Shown here one piece after another: positions 1 to 9,980 of a DNA stretch of 64,000 nucleotides. Source of the DNA: a virus; the IMG/VR virus record IMGVR_UViG_3300028920_000034, positions 89,115 through 153,114 of that record; one strand, given 5' to 3'. How positions within the stretch are numbered: position 1 is the stretch's first letter; the number at the start of each line of letters is the position of its first letter. Position numbers and translations under genes: made by a program. The notes beneath the pieces were generated by a model that saw only the letters and a program-made list of their open reading frames with translations, made no database searches and had not been told where the DNA came from.

Positions 1-663
1 ATTGAACCGATGGGCCTTGTCCCGGATGCCCGAAATGGACACGCGCTTCTGGTGACGCATCCGGAGCTTCTTGAACCAGTCGCGGAGCTTGCTGGCATCC
101 GTCTCCCAGTCCATGACCGTCTTGTCTTGGCGGTCACTGATGCCACTCAGGAGACGAGACCCCTCGGGGCTATCGTACATGAGGAGAGTCATCCGCGCGT
201 AGTAGCCGGGCTCTCCCCCGTCACGCAGGTACATCCGGTAGGCGCGATCATCGTCACGCCACACGGTCTCGTCCGAATGCTCCCTGGTGAGCCGAATCGC
301 CGGGTCCTTAGAGCTCCGCACCCACACGACACCGTTCGGTGAGCTCTCTCGCCGGTACTTCGCCGCCCGGGCCCAGGAGTCAATCATGCGCTCGGCCTTG
401 CCGTAGGTCTCCCACGCCTTTCCGTCATCCTGGATCGGCCCATCGTAGCCGTACTCCAGGTCTCCCCAGGAGCCCCACCTGGTGAGGTGCCTATCGGCCC
501 GCTTGAGAAGCGAGTCAATGTCCTCTGGGGGAGGGCCGTAGCGGTAGTCTGCCGGATCGTACTGATCTTTCCGAAGCGTGGCCCGGTACTTCCCGCCGAT
601 GAACCGCGCCTTGGCTTCGGTCACCAGGGCGCCGGCCGCGTGTAGGCGCTCGCGGAGCTGCAT
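1..663 (-). CDS. Partial ORF (runs off window start), putative head-packaged protein with leader MQLRERLHAAGALVTE|A
   Basis: My translation: ATG at 663 overlaps the stop of 663..1070 and the frame is open to base 1. Absent from the ORF track because there is no stop in the window. Confidence 0.7.
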   Translation of the reverse strand, partial: MQLRERLHAAGALVTEAKARFIGGKYRATLRKDQYDPADYRYGPPPEDIDSLLKRADRHLTRWGSWGDLEYGYDGPIQDDGKAWETYGKAERMIDSWARAAKYRRESSPNGVVWVRSSKDPAIRLTREHSDETVWRDDDRAYRMYLRDGGEPGYYARMTLLMYDSPEGSRLLSGISDRQDKTVMDWETDASKLRDWFKKLRMRHQKRVSISGIRDKAHRFN

Positions 664-1070
664 CAGGTCTCCCCGAGGGCCGCCGGGGCGAACATCACGG
701 TGGCCCGCAGCTCGGTGGTGGTGGGCGTGCCCGTGGTCACCAGCTTGAGCTTCTGGCCAGGCAGGAGAGTGACCCGATTCGCAGCGAGGAGAACGTACAC
801 CACACTCGAGGTGCCAGTGAGCCACGCCATATCCCCGGCCACCGGGTCCACGATGTTGAGGGTCCAGGTGGACTGCCCGGCACCCTTGAACTGGAACCCC
901 ATCACCTCCACGGCCCGTTTCTCGGAGCCGGTGAACTCGAATAGGCCACCATGACTGTTCACGGTGTCCTTTGGGTACACCTTCACGCCGTCTGTGGTGA
1001 CCGGATCAGTGGTCGGGAGCACGCCATCGAAGTTGTCGCCAACGTCCATGACTTGTGTGATTGCGAACAT
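663..1070 (-). CDS. Hypothetical, probably virion structural protein (beta-rich)
   Basis: Tightly packed in the neck/head operon; Thr/Val/Gly-rich. Confidence 0.6.
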   Translation of the reverse strand: MFAITQVMDVGDNFDGVLPTTDPVTTDGVKVYPKDTVNSHGGLFEFTGSEKRAVEVMGFQFKGAGQSTWTLNIVDPVAGDMAWLTGTSSVVYVLLAANRVTLLPGQKLKLVTTGTPTTTELRATVMFAPAALGET

Positions 1071-1071
1071 G

Positions 1072-1356
1072 CTACGCCTCCACCATCCCGCGATCCCACA
1101 GGGACGCGATGTAAGGCTTCACGCCCTTGCCCTTGGCCACCAGCTCGCCCCACCGGCACCCCGTCTCGAAGTCGAAAGCGGAGTACACCGGGGCGCGATA
1201 CAGGGCGCCGTTCCGGAGGTAGTATTCGTGCCCGTCCAGGAACCCAAGATGGCCCCAGCTCCACTTCATGCCCTGGTAGGTCGGGTGCTCGTAAGGCTGC
1301 ACCCCATGGACCATTTCCTGGAGCTCCTGGAAGTCCTCGGTGATGTTCTTCGCCAT
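1072..1356 (-). CDS. Hypothetical protein with acidic leader MAKNITEDFQELQE
   Basis: AGGAG RBS upstream; operon packing. Confidence 0.65.
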   Translation of the reverse strand: MAKNITEDFQELQEMVHGVQPYEHPTYQGMKWSWGHLGFLDGHEYYLRNGALYRAPVYSAFDFETGCRWGELVAKGKGVKPYIASLWDRGMVEA

Positions 1357-1370
1357 GTGGGTCGTCTCCT

Positions 1371-2126
1371 CTACCCAGTGATGATGGCCGGCGGAGGCAT
1401 CAGGGCCATGAGCTCCCTGTCCAGCCGCTCAAAGTCCGCCTGGGCCTCCTGGAGCAAATTGTCACCATCCAAGCTCACATTGCCCTGGGCCGCCGGCAAG
1501 CCCCCGGTGTACTTGCCGCGAATCCTGCCCAGGATGTACTTGGACTCCGCCAGGGCACGCTCCCTGATCAGGAACGCATCCTGGGGAGGAACCATGGACA
1601 GGTACTTCGAATCGAACGGGGTCTCGTACTTGTAGACGATCTTCTGCGCCACCATGTTGTCGCTCGGACGCGGCGTGATGGTGAGCACCTTCGTTTGCGA
1701 GTTGAAAATCCAGTCCGCGTCCACGGACAGCACCCGCGCGCCCGTCTCCCTCATCTGTTGCCACTGGACGATCCCACTGTAGAAACCACCCTGCCCCTCG
1801 TTCTGGAGATACCAGTCATAGGGATAGCCTTGCACGTCCAGGAACCCATCCCAAAGGTACTCCAGGTCCCACCCGTAGTCCGCCACGAAGTAAATGTCGA
1901 TGATGCCCACCACGGGCGGATCTACCGCGCTCAGATCGTACTCGGACTGATCGGTGACCAGTTGGAGCTCGGCCTCCTTGTACCAGCCCCTGTAGGCGCT
2001 CCACCAGATGAACGCATCGGTGATCGCCTGGTCCACCTGCTCCTCGTCCAGCTCCACGCAGACCACCGGGTGACCCAGCTTCCGCATGATGAACGAGCGG
2101 ATGTTTTCGATACCCAATGTGGCCAT
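1371..2126 (-). CDS. Neck/head-completion protein, T4 gp13-like
   Basis: N-term IMRKLGHPVVCVELDEEQVDQAITDA and C-term LGRIRGKY..LP...VSLDG..LLQEA match gp13-type neck proteins; downstream of MCP. Confidence 0.8.
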   Translation of the reverse strand: MATLGIENIRSFIMRKLGHPVVCVELDEEQVDQAITDAFIWWSAYRGWYKEAELQLVTDQSEYDLSAVDPPVVGIIDIYFVADYGWDLEYLWDGFLDVQGYPYDWYLQNEGQGGFYSGIVQWQQMRETGARVLSVDADWIFNSQTKVLTITPRPSDNMVAQKIVYKYETPFDSKYLSMVPPQDAFLIRERALAESKYILGRIRGKYTGGLPAAQGNVSLDGDNLLQEAQADFERLDRELMALMPPPAIITG

Positions 2127-2924
2127 CTAGTACCCCGTATCCAGGTCCCCCTCTAGCTCCACAGCGTCGAGATCTTCCTGTACCACCCATGCCGGCCATC
2201 CCTCGAGCTCGGTGTGCTCCACCAGGCGCACACTGTCGGTGAATACATCGATCTCACCGAGGGCCGGGAAGTTGACGGTGACAAAATGCGGGCGAACGTC
2301 CACCACGTCCCCGCGCATCCCGTGGAACGGCTTGTCCTGGCCCCTGGCGGCCACAACCTCCACCGTGGTGCCGCGTCTCACCTTGCCGCGGACCTTCGGC
2401 GCCTTGCGCTTCTCGCCCAGCACGGTGCGGGCGTACTCACCCTCCCAGGTGTTGCCAGTGATCACGTCCTGGACAACACCGAACAGCGGATCTCTCCACT
2501 CGTTCGCCGCCGCCGCCGCTTCCTTTTCGGCCTTGGCCATGAGCTCCGCGCGCTTGCGGGCGCGCCCGGCCCGGATGTTGCGCCGCTTGCGCTTCCGGAA
2601 GCCCATGAGCTTCTCGTACTCCGCCTGACCCTTGGACTCCCACCACCGCCAGCTCGCCGTGGCCAGCCGAGTGAAAAACTCTTCGCTGTGCAGATCCATG
2701 GTCGGATCGTTCCGGTACTTGTACCGGAGCCCCTTGAGGAGCCGCTGGAAACCCTTGATCGCCACCCGCTTGGTGTTGTTGTCCTGGCCGTAGGTCTTGA
2801 AGGCGTGGGCCTGGATGATGTTGTTGAGCTCCCGCCCAGGAGGGAACCGCTTGCTCGGGTCGCTGTGAACAGCCACCTCGTCCAAGTAGGTGCCCCAAAG
2901 CCGGGGCCGGGCTGGCCAGATCAT
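2127..2924 (-). CDS. Hypothetical basic protein with C-terminal KOW/SH3-like motif
   Basis: GGAGG-5nt-ATG at 2924; VEVV...PFHGMRGDVVDV...VTVNF. Confidence 0.6.
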   Translation of the reverse strand: MIWPARPRLWGTYLDEVAVHSDPSKRFPPGRELNNIIQAHAFKTYGQDNNTKRVAIKGFQRLLKGLRYKYRNDPTMDLHSEEFFTRLATASWRWWESKGQAEYEKLMGFRKRKRRNIRAGRARKRAELMAKAEKEAAAAANEWRDPLFGVVQDVITGNTWEGEYARTVLGEKRKAPKVRGKVRRGTTVEVVAARGQDKPFHGMRGDVVDVRPHFVTVNFPALGEIDVFTDSVRLVEHTELEGWPAWVVQEDLDAVELEGDLDTGY

Positions 2925-2937
2925 GAGCGCCTCCAAG

Positions 2938-3005
2938 TTGGCACAAGATGTGCTTCTGCTTAATTAACCTTATCTCCCCTCTTAGAAGAGAAGAGTCTTG
3001 AGTGT
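2938..3005 (+). repeat. ~70 bp intergenic element, copy A (sigma54-like motif + AT-rich core + hairpin)
   Basis: TTGGCACAAGATGTGCTTCTGCTTAATTAACCTTATCTC...AAGAGTCTTGAG; similar to copies at 14456, 23459, 50932. Confidence 0.85.
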
Positions 3006-3014
3006 CCCTGACGC

Positions 3015-3284
3015 CTACTTGCGTAAACGCATCGCCGCCGGAAGCCCATCGTTCAGAAGATCGTAGAGCTGGTTACGGTACACCCACGCCTTTTGGAGCA
3101 CCTTGGTGGCATGGTTCTGCGCCGCCTTGGGCAGCTCATCCCATTCGGCCCCCTGATAGGCTTTCAGGATCTTCATGATGGGCCTCATGGACGATTCGAG
3201 CTGCGTCAGCTCCACGATGATGCCACCGGAGCCCTGCTTCGCCTCGTCCAGGAGTTCCACCACGTTGTCGATACGGTCCTGCAT
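3015..3284 (-). CDS. Small protein with leader MQDRIDNVVELLDE|A
   Basis: ORF with RBS; LDE|A site. Confidence 0.65.
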   Translation of the reverse strand: MQDRIDNVVELLDEAKQGSGGIIVELTQLESSMRPIMKILKAYQGAEWDELPKAAQNHATKVLQKAWVYRNQLYDLLNDGLPAAMRLRK

Positions 3285-3288
3285 CGGC

Positions 3289-3924
3289 TCACTCCTTGGG
3301 GGCGTTCTTCGCCTGGCGCACGATGGTGCGGGCCGTGGCGAGGTTCATGCGGGCCCCGGTATCACGCACGCGCTGGAGAAGAACGGCCGGGTCTGCGTTG
3401 GCCACGGACTGCACCGTGGGGAAACCTGCCTCCGCCAAGGACTCGGCCCGGCTGCCGCCCACGCCGTTGATCACCGTCAGGTCCTCCGGCTCCACATCGT
3501 CCTCGAGCTCCTCCTCGGGCTCCTCTTCGGGCTCGGGCTCGGGCTCGGGGGCCGGGGGCACGATGGCCTTCGGCTTGGGCGCGGGGGGCTCGGGCTTGGA
3601 GCCGGTCTCCACCAGCTTCTTCTTGCCGTCGCCGGCCGCTGGCTCCTCGCTGCGCTTGAAGGCTGCCGTAGTGGTGCCCTTGGGGGGCTCCACGTCGCGC
3701 TTGGGCCGCTCGGCCCGGGCCGTGCCCCCGGTGGTCACCTGGTCACCCGTGGGCGCGTAGACGAGCTGCGGGGGGATGTTGGGGAAAAGCTGGGTGGTGT
3801 ACTTCTCCCAGTGGTCCCCTTCCACCACGGTCTCATCGGTGAACAGCACCCCGTTGAGCTTGAACCGCTCCGCGGGGTACTCGGGGTTGCGTTTGTACTT
3901 CCGTGCGTTGGCTCGGGTGGCCAT
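3289..3924 (-). CDS. Helix-hairpin-helix domain protein with Pro/Glu linker
   Basis: DLTVINGVGGSRAESLAEAGFPTVQSVA is an HhH motif. Confidence 0.7.
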   Translation of the reverse strand: MATRANARKYKRNPEYPAERFKLNGVLFTDETVVEGDHWEKYTTQLFPNIPPQLVYAPTGDQVTTGGTARAERPKRDVEPPKGTTTAAFKRSEEPAAGDGKKKLVETGSKPEPPAPKPKAIVPPAPEPEPEPEEEPEEELEDDVEPEDLTVINGVGGSRAESLAEAGFPTVQSVANADPAVLLQRVRDTGARMNLATARTIVRQAKNAPKE

Positions 3925-3998
3925 GGCATACTCCTCCCTACGGTCTCATCGAATGTCCAATCTGGGGTAGGCCGAGCACCGGCGTGTTCCGCCAGGTG

Positions 3999-4559
3999 CT
4001 AGGAAACGCTGAACGTCGCGGCGTGCTGGTCCGACGTGTCCACCATGCGGCGACCGCCGACAACCCACGCCTTCAGGTACACCACCTGATCGGCCGCCGC
4101 CGGGATGCTCACCGTCACGGAGAGCTCACCTGCGTCGGGGGTCACCGTCAGGCGATTCGTCCCGGCGCCCGCGTCGATGGTCCCGGTGGCCGCCGTGTCC
4201 AGCGTGGCATCCTCGGACGGAATGAGGCAGTCCTCATCATCGAACACGCCGAAGTACATGGCCATGTCGGTGCTGTAGGCGTTGCCGTACAGGTCCTTGA
4301 TGTCGAACCCCACGGCCGCCAGATCTGTGGCGTCCGCCGCCGGGTCCGCCGGGGTCTTGGCCACGGCCACGATGGGCGGATAGTCGTCGTCCTCGAGCTC
4401 GCAGACGATCTGGACGGTGGAGCTGGCGTACAGCTCCTGCATCTGGGCCGCCTCGTCCACCGTGCGACCGGTGAGGGCCTTCGTGGTGCCCGCTGCACAG
4501 CTCACCGCTCCGGGCATCGGAACGGGGTTTGCGCTGCGATTCACACAGGTGATTTTCAT
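3999..4559 (-). CDS. Probable head decoration/minor structural protein
   Basis: First gene after MCP; strong GGAGGAGG RBS; Ala/Thr/Asp-rich beta-type composition. Confidence 0.55.
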   Translation of the reverse strand: MKITCVNRSANPVPMPGAVSCAAGTTKALTGRTVDEAAQMQELYASSTVQIVCELEDDDYPPIVAVAKTPADPAADATDLAAVGFDIKDLYGNAYSTDMAMYFGVFDDEDCLIPSEDATLDTAATGTIDAGAGTNRLTVTPDAGELSVTVSIPAAADQVVYLKAWVVGGRRMVDTSDQHAATFSVS

Positions 4560-4602
4560 GTTGGAATCCTCCTCCGCAGTAGCTTGAAACCTGAAGTCGG
4601 AT

Positions 4603-4644
4603 CCAGCGGGGGTGACTGCCGCGGGAGGTGGTCACCCCCGCTGG
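4603..4644 (-). terminator. Strong hairpin downstream of MCP (terminator or mRNA stabiliser)
   Basis: 14 bp perfect stem CCAGCGGGGGTGAC/GTCACCCCCGCTGG; no clear U-tract. Confidence 0.6.
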
Positions 4645-4668
4645 GATCCTGAACGACACGATCTCACG

Positions 4669-6168
4669 CTACGGGGTGTTGTCCACCTCGAGGGCGCCGT
4701 AGAAGTTGCTGTTCATCAGCTTCGTGGCGTACCGGGTCCGGAGCCCCTTGCGCGCCTGGAAGTTGCCCGGATCCAGCCAGGTGCTGGTGATCTGGAGCCC
4801 CACGTAGGGGGCGTAGGCGTAACCGCTGTCGAGGAAGGTGCTCCCCTTGAGCCCGACCACAGCCTTGCCAGACTCGAAGTACGGATCCACGATCACGCGC
4901 CAGCGGTTCTGGAGCGTGCCGGCCTCGAAGATCCCGTAGCCCTGGGGGGCGTTCGGGAGCGGGAAGCCGGGGCGCCCGCCTGTGCCGATCCCCTGGATGG
5001 GGTCGGTCTGGGAGAACACGCCCTTGAAGTCGCCGTGGCGGCTCAGGGCCGAGATCACCGTGGACACGTCGGGCGCGCACACGATGAAGTTGCCCGGACC
5101 GCGCTTGGTGCGGGTGTGGATCTCCGTGGCGATCTTGTCCAGCTTGGTGAGGATCCCGGAGTAGTGCTCCACCGGGCTCCGGCCGGGGGGCACCGTCGCG
5201 TCGAAGGTCTCCTTGTTGGTGCCGGCGTCCGCCGCCACGTACAGGTCCTGGATGATCTCGCGGTCGATCTCCAGCCCGATCTCGCTGGCCAGGCCGCCCA
5301 CCAGCTCGGACTCAATGTCCAAGCCCAGCATGGCCCGCATGTCGTCGGCCGCCTCGGAGCTCCACAGCGCCTTGAGCTTCCGGCTCCACGCCTGGACGGG
5401 CTCGAGGGAGATCTCGACGTTCACCTCGGGCACGTTGGCCGACGCCGCCTCCATGGAGAACCAGTAGTTGGCGTAGATGGGGGTGAGGTTCTTCACGTTC
5501 GCGGAGAACGTGATGTTGAAGTCGCCGCTGGCGTAGGTGACCGTGGACGCGGCGCCCGTGTCACCGGCCAGGGTGCCGGATCCGTCCGCATCGTAGATCC
5601 GGAGCACGTTGTCGGACACGTCCACCGTGGTGAACTCGAGGCCCGCGCGGCCGAAGTTGTCCTTCGGCACCACCGGGAACCAGTCCAGGGTCCCGGTGTA
5701 GTTGGCCGTGGATCCGTCTCCGGTGTCCACCAGCTCGTGGTACACGCGCTCCGAGCTGTAGAACCGGTCGAAGTTTTGGATCATGTTCTGACCCGCGGTG
5801 ACCGATCCCTTGCTGGTGCCGTACTTGTACTCGAAGAAGAAGATCCCGCCGATGGGCGCGCTCATCGGCTGGACGCTCACCAGGCCGTTGGCGAACAGGC
5901 TCGCCCACACGCGGCGGACCAGCGGGAAGATGAACTTCACGTAGTCCGGCACGGCCGCCTTGGTGGTGGCCTCGCTGATGATCCCGGACTTCCGCACCTC
6001 GTCGCGGAGGTGGTTCATCTGGTTCTCGAAGAGGCGCGCCAGGTTGCGCCGATCCCAGTCCTCATCGATCCCGTCGAGGAGCCACGCCCACTTCTGCTTG
6101 AGGATCTCGTCCACCCGGTCCTGGCCTCCGAAGCCGCCCGGGGCCTTCACCATGTCTCTTGCCTGCAT
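4669..6168 (-). CDS. Major capsid protein, T4 gp23-like
   Basis: PLVRR...VQPMSAPIG.IF, SRKLKA.WS.E..DD, LASEIGLEIDREII, YAPY..LQ, GLRTRY motifs; predicted maturation site ISE66|A. Confidence 0.95.
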   Translation of the reverse strand: MQARDMVKAPGGFGGQDRVDEILKQKWAWLLDGIDEDWDRRNLARLFENQMNHLRDEVRKSGIISEATTKAAVPDYVKFIFPLVRRVWASLFANGLVSVQPMSAPIGGIFFFEYKYGTSKGSVTAGQNMIQNFDRFYSSERVYHELVDTGDGSTANYTGTLDWFPVVPKDNFGRAGLEFTTVDVSDNVLRIYDADGSGTLAGDTGAASTVTYASGDFNITFSANVKNLTPIYANYWFSMEAASANVPEVNVEISLEPVQAWSRKLKALWSSEAADDMRAMLGLDIESELVGGLASEIGLEIDREIIQDLYVAADAGTNKETFDATVPPGRSPVEHYSGILTKLDKIATEIHTRTKRGPGNFIVCAPDVSTVISALSRHGDFKGVFSQTDPIQGIGTGGRPGFPLPNAPQGYGIFEAGTLQNRWRVIVDPYFESGKAVVGLKGSTFLDSGYAYAPYVGLQITSTWLDPGNFQARKGLRTRYATKLMNSNFYGALEVDNTP

Positions 6169-6229
6169 TTCTGCCTCCTAAATCCGGTTCACGCGCTCAT
6201 TGCGCGTTGGTTTTCCTGGAAGAGATCCC

Positions 6230-7798
6230 CTAGTAGGGCCCCTTGTCGTCGTCGCGTCCTTCGGACAGGCCGCAGAGCTTCCGGAGCTCTTTCTGGCCCA
6301 CGCCGAACAGATCGTAGCCGTCCTCGGTGAGGGGCACCTGGCCGCCGCCACCCTCCGGCATGTGCATGGCGCCCGTGAACCCCTCGGTGAAGTCCTGCGG
6401 GTCCTCGTCCCCCTCGGTGAGGTGGGACAGGCCGCCGCCGAACTCGGACGAGATCTGATCGAACTCGTCCGACAAGGGATTGGCCGCCTCGAAGGATTCG
6501 ATCAGCCGGTCCACGGCACGCTTGCCCTCCAGGCGCACGTTCTCCGCTTGCTCGCGGATGGCGCTGGCCTGGGGATGGGCGTTCAGGCGCTGCTCGAGGT
6601 ACGCCTTGGTGCCCAGGGCCTTGCCGAGCTCCACGGACTTGCCCAGGGCCCGGCGGAGCTTCTCGTTCTCGGCCTTCATGGCCGCGAGCTCCGCGTTCTC
6701 CTCCTCCTGGCGCGTGGTCTCGGTGAGCACCGACTCCACCGTGCTGGCGAGGGCCTCCTTGAACTCTTCGATGGACCCGAAACGGGACAGGTCCCCGAGC
6801 ATCCCGAGGATGTGCTCCTTCGTGTCCACTTCCTCGAGCGTGCCCAGTGCGCGCTCGGCGTAGTAGCGACAGGAGAGCTCCTCGGTGATGCCCACCAGCT
6901 CCTCCACGGCCGCCTCGAGCTGGGAGATCTGCTCCTGAGCCTCCTCGAGCTTGGCCCGGGTGTCAGCCAGCTCCTCGTCCTTGTTCTCCAGGACGGCGTG
7001 CTGGTCCTCGGTGAGCATCAGGGGCCGGAGGAGCTTGATCACTCCCTCGAGGGCGAGCCGCGAGCCGCCCACGGACGGGTCGCTCAGGAGCTCGCTCCGC
7101 ACCTGGTTCTCCACCTCCGCGCGCTGCTCCTGCACCATGGACAGGAGCTTCTCACGCATGTCCTCGGTGTCGGGCGCCGCCGGGGCCGGCTCCACGCCTG
7201 CCACGGCCTCTGCCTGGATCATCTGCACCAGCTCGGGGTGCGTTTCCTTCAGTTGCTCGAGGGTGAGGGGCATGTTCTCCTCCGGATCGTCGGCCTCGGT
7301 GGTGAACTTCGGCCAAGACGTAGCGTTCGCCGGGTCCGCCACGGCGTCAAAGGACAGGAGCCGATAGTCGTCTTGAACCTCGCTCATGCCCTGTTGGTTC
7401 TTGCGGGTGGTCCCCACGCCACGGCTGGAGACGCCCACAACGCCTCCGCTTTCGATGATGGACTTCAGGATGCGCCCGTTGGGGGTGTCGAGCACTCGCA
7501 TCTCCCCGATGACGTTGGTGCCATCGAAGGTCAGTTTGGTGATCAGGTGAGACGCTTCCTTGAGCGTGGTCTTGCCGTCCTGTGGGTGGTCCAGGAGTCC
7601 GAACAAGCTGCTCGTCTTGATCTTGTCCTGGAGCCGGGACAGCTCACGCTCCCAGAGCTTGCCGGAGTACACCCGGCCGTTGGCCGTTGGCACTCCTGCC
7701 CGGGCAAAGGGCCCGCGGGCTACCATGCCCCCGGAGCCCTCCCGGTCCTCCACCAGCTCGAATCGGAATAGCTGGCAGTCTGTGAGTACCTGGTCCAC
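6230..7798 (-). CDS. Prohead protease (T4 gp21-like) fused to coiled-coil scaffold (gp22-like)
   Basis: NGRVYS, GLLDHP, SH.I, TPNG.I, GVSSRGVG, FDAVADP motifs in the first ~170 aa, then an acidic coiled-coil region. Confidence 0.9.
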   Translation of the reverse strand: MDQVLTDCQLFRFELVEDREGSGGMVARGPFARAGVPTANGRVYSGKLWERELSRLQDKIKTSSLFGLLDHPQDGKTTLKEASHLITKLTFDGTNVIGEMRVLDTPNGRILKSIIESGGVVGVSSRGVGTTRKNQQGMSEVQDDYRLLSFDAVADPANATSWPKFTTEADDPEENMPLTLEQLKETHPELVQMIQAEAVAGVEPAPAAPDTEDMREKLLSMVQEQRAEVENQVRSELLSDPSVGGSRLALEGVIKLLRPLMLTEDQHAVLENKDEELADTRAKLEEAQEQISQLEAAVEELVGITEELSCRYYAERALGTLEEVDTKEHILGMLGDLSRFGSIEEFKEALASTVESVLTETTRQEEENAELAAMKAENEKLRRALGKSVELGKALGTKAYLEQRLNAHPQASAIREQAENVRLEGKRAVDRLIESFEAANPLSDEFDQISSEFGGGLSHLTEGDEDPQDFTEGFTGAMHMPEGGGGQVPLTEDGYDLFGVGQKELRKLCGLSEGRDDDKGPY

Positions 7799-7807
7799 GG
7801 TGGCCTC

Positions 7808-8881
7808 CTAGCGGTGACGGATACCGAACATGAGGGCGACTTCGCCGCGGATCCCCTCGAAGGGGTCTTCCTCGTCCTCGTCCTCATCCTCGAAGAACAG
7901 GTCCTCGTCCTCGTCCAGCTCCGCGCCGAACAGACCCTCGCTCTCCACCACCTCCTGCTCGAAGGGCATCCGCCCCTCGTCCAGCGCCACCAGGATGTTG
8001 GTGTCGTCGGCGTAGTTGGCCATGGCGAGGGCTTCCGCGTGAAGCTCCGCGAGGTGCTCGTCCAGGAGCCGCTGGTCCTCCACGCTGATGGTGCCGTCGC
8101 GCTCCTCGAGGGCGCCCAGGAACTCCCGGGCCTCCGCGGCGATGAGCTCGCAGTAGTCGGCCGCCTCGTCCAGCGGGAAGTGAATGTCCACGTAGCTCTC
8201 GTCCAGCTCGCGGAGACCGCCGGCCGTGGCCGTGGCCGCCTTGGCGATGTTGGCGTAGCCGGCCGCGTACTGGGAACTGTCCTCGGTGTGCTCGAGGGCG
8301 TTGATGATGGACCCGAGCTCGGACAGGTCCTGGCCGCCTGGGTACTCGGTGCTCGAGCCGAGCATGGACGCGAAGCTGCGCCGGGCACCCTTCACGGCCT
8401 TTTTGCCCATGGACTTGGCCTTGGCGTAGAGCTTCTTGAGCTTCTTGAAGCGGGAGCTCTTGCGATACCGCTTGGCCTGGGACTTGCCGCGCCCCTTGCG
8501 ATACCGCTTGGCGTCCTTGGCCTTGGCGAGACGCTCGGCGCGAGACGGCTTCTTCTTGCCTTTCTTGAGGAGGTTCTTGAAGAACTTGACGATCTTGAAC
8601 TCGTCCAGCGTCTCCACGTCCTCGGGGAGCTCGTCCAGCTCGTCCTCGGTGACGGTCAGCATGGCCAGCTCCACGTCCTCCGCCGGCACGCCGGCCTTGA
8701 GGGCTTTCTTCTGAAGCGCCGCCATCTTCGTCTTGGCCACGTTCATCTTCTTCTGCATGGCCGCCTGCTTCTTGTCGGGCGCGGGCGGGGCGTCCATCTC
8801 GTCCAGGTGGTCCGTCTCGTCCACCGGAAGACCCAGGTACTGGAAATCCTCGGCCAGGGTGTGGATCGGTCGGTTTTGCAT
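7808..8881 (-). CDS. Prohead core protein-like (acidic/basic blocks)
   Basis: Position between portal and protease; Lys/Arg block flanked by acidic segments with LDE sites, as in T4 gp67/gp68-type core proteins. Confidence 0.6.
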   Translation of the reverse strand: MQNRPIHTLAEDFQYLGLPVDETDHLDEMDAPPAPDKKQAAMQKKMNVAKTKMAALQKKALKAGVPAEDVELAMLTVTEDELDELPEDVETLDEFKIVKFFKNLLKKGKKKPSRAERLAKAKDAKRYRKGRGKSQAKRYRKSSRFKKLKKLYAKAKSMGKKAVKGARRSFASMLGSSTEYPGGQDLSELGSIINALEHTEDSSQYAAGYANIAKAATATAGGLRELDESYVDIHFPLDEAADYCELIAAEAREFLGALEERDGTISVEDQRLLDEHLAELHAEALAMANYADDTNILVALDEGRMPFEQEVVESEGLFGAELDEDEDLFFEDEDEDEEDPFEGIRGEVALMFGIRHR

Positions 8882-8926
8882 CGTGCTCCTCCGTGATATT
8901 CGTTGAGCCCCAGCCGGGGCGTCGTT

Positions 8927-9859
8927 TCAGCTCACAAATTCCGTGGCCACCCGACGCACTAGCCGGGCCGTCACTTCCACCTGGGGATACTGCCGCGCCA
9001 CCTGGTCAAACAGCCAGCCGCGCGCCGCCACAGTGTCCGGATCGTTGTCCTTGGCCGCCTCGCTCATCAGGTGGCAGAGAGCCTTGAGCTCCACCAGGTA
9101 ATCGGAAGCGATGGTCTCGAAATGCTCGGCCGGCCGGGCGATGCCCGAAGCCTTGAAGGCACCAGTCGATTGGTACTCGCCCCACGCCTCGGTGGTCTGC
9201 TCCCAGAGCTTCTCCAGGCGCTCGGCCATCACGCCCACGTCCGCCTCCACGGCGGAAGCGTACTCGCTGGCGTCCTCGAGGAGACCGTCACGGTACAGGG
9301 GCTGGTAGCGAGGTTGAGGGGTGTAGGAAAAAGCGGAGCCGGTGGTGCCCCACACCAGGCGCTGAATGCGCTCATGGTCCTCCGCGTAGAACGCGCGCCA
9401 TGGGCGCTCCTGATCGAACATCCCGGAGAGGTGCTCGCGGAGCTCGCGGAGCTGGTCCACCGGGGCCAGCATGGGAGCCGCTTCGATCAAGGTACGGATC
9501 TGATCACGGGCCGATGAGAAGTCCCCAGCCACCAGGGCCTCCACCGCCTCCGATGCAGTGCGCTCCACGAAGCGCCTGCCATCCTGGCGCCCGCGAATCA
9601 CCGGGAGCTCCACTGGCTCCACCTTCGTGATGGAAAACCCGTCACCGGCCGGCTGGTAGCTGGCGCGGTAGACGTTGCCGTCCCCGTTGGCCACCACCAC
9701 ATGCTCATTGAACGTCGCAATCACGTTCAGGTCCTGCCCGGTCTCGGATTCGAATCTTGCGTGGCTGTCCTCTACCGCCTGGATCACTCGACCCACATAA
9801 TCCTCGATGGATCCGCGGGTCACTTCTGCGAGCACATTGGCCGGAATCAGTCCGCTCAT
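8927..9859 (-). CDS. Hypothetical head-module protein
   Basis: 310 aa ORF between portal and core genes. Confidence 0.7.
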   Translation of the reverse strand: MSGLIPANVLAEVTRGSIEDYVGRVIQAVEDSHARFESETGQDLNVIATFNEHVVVANGDGNVYRASYQPAGDGFSITKVEPVELPVIRGRQDGRRFVERTASEAVEALVAGDFSSARDQIRTLIEAAPMLAPVDQLRELREHLSGMFDQERPWRAFYAEDHERIQRLVWGTTGSAFSYTPQPRYQPLYRDGLLEDASEYASAVEADVGVMAERLEKLWEQTTEAWGEYQSTGAFKASGIARPAEHFETIASDYLVELKALCHLMSEAAKDNDPDTVAARGWLFDQVARQYPQVEVTARLVRRVATEFVS

Positions 9860-9980
9860 CGTGGCCGTCCACTCCCAGTAACGGTGGGCTCAAGGCAGAG
9901 AGATCCGGTGAAATACCAGGAGAGTCTCACTTCTGTGGAGAGATCACCTTTTCGCATCGGATCGCCTCTGAATCCTTGTC

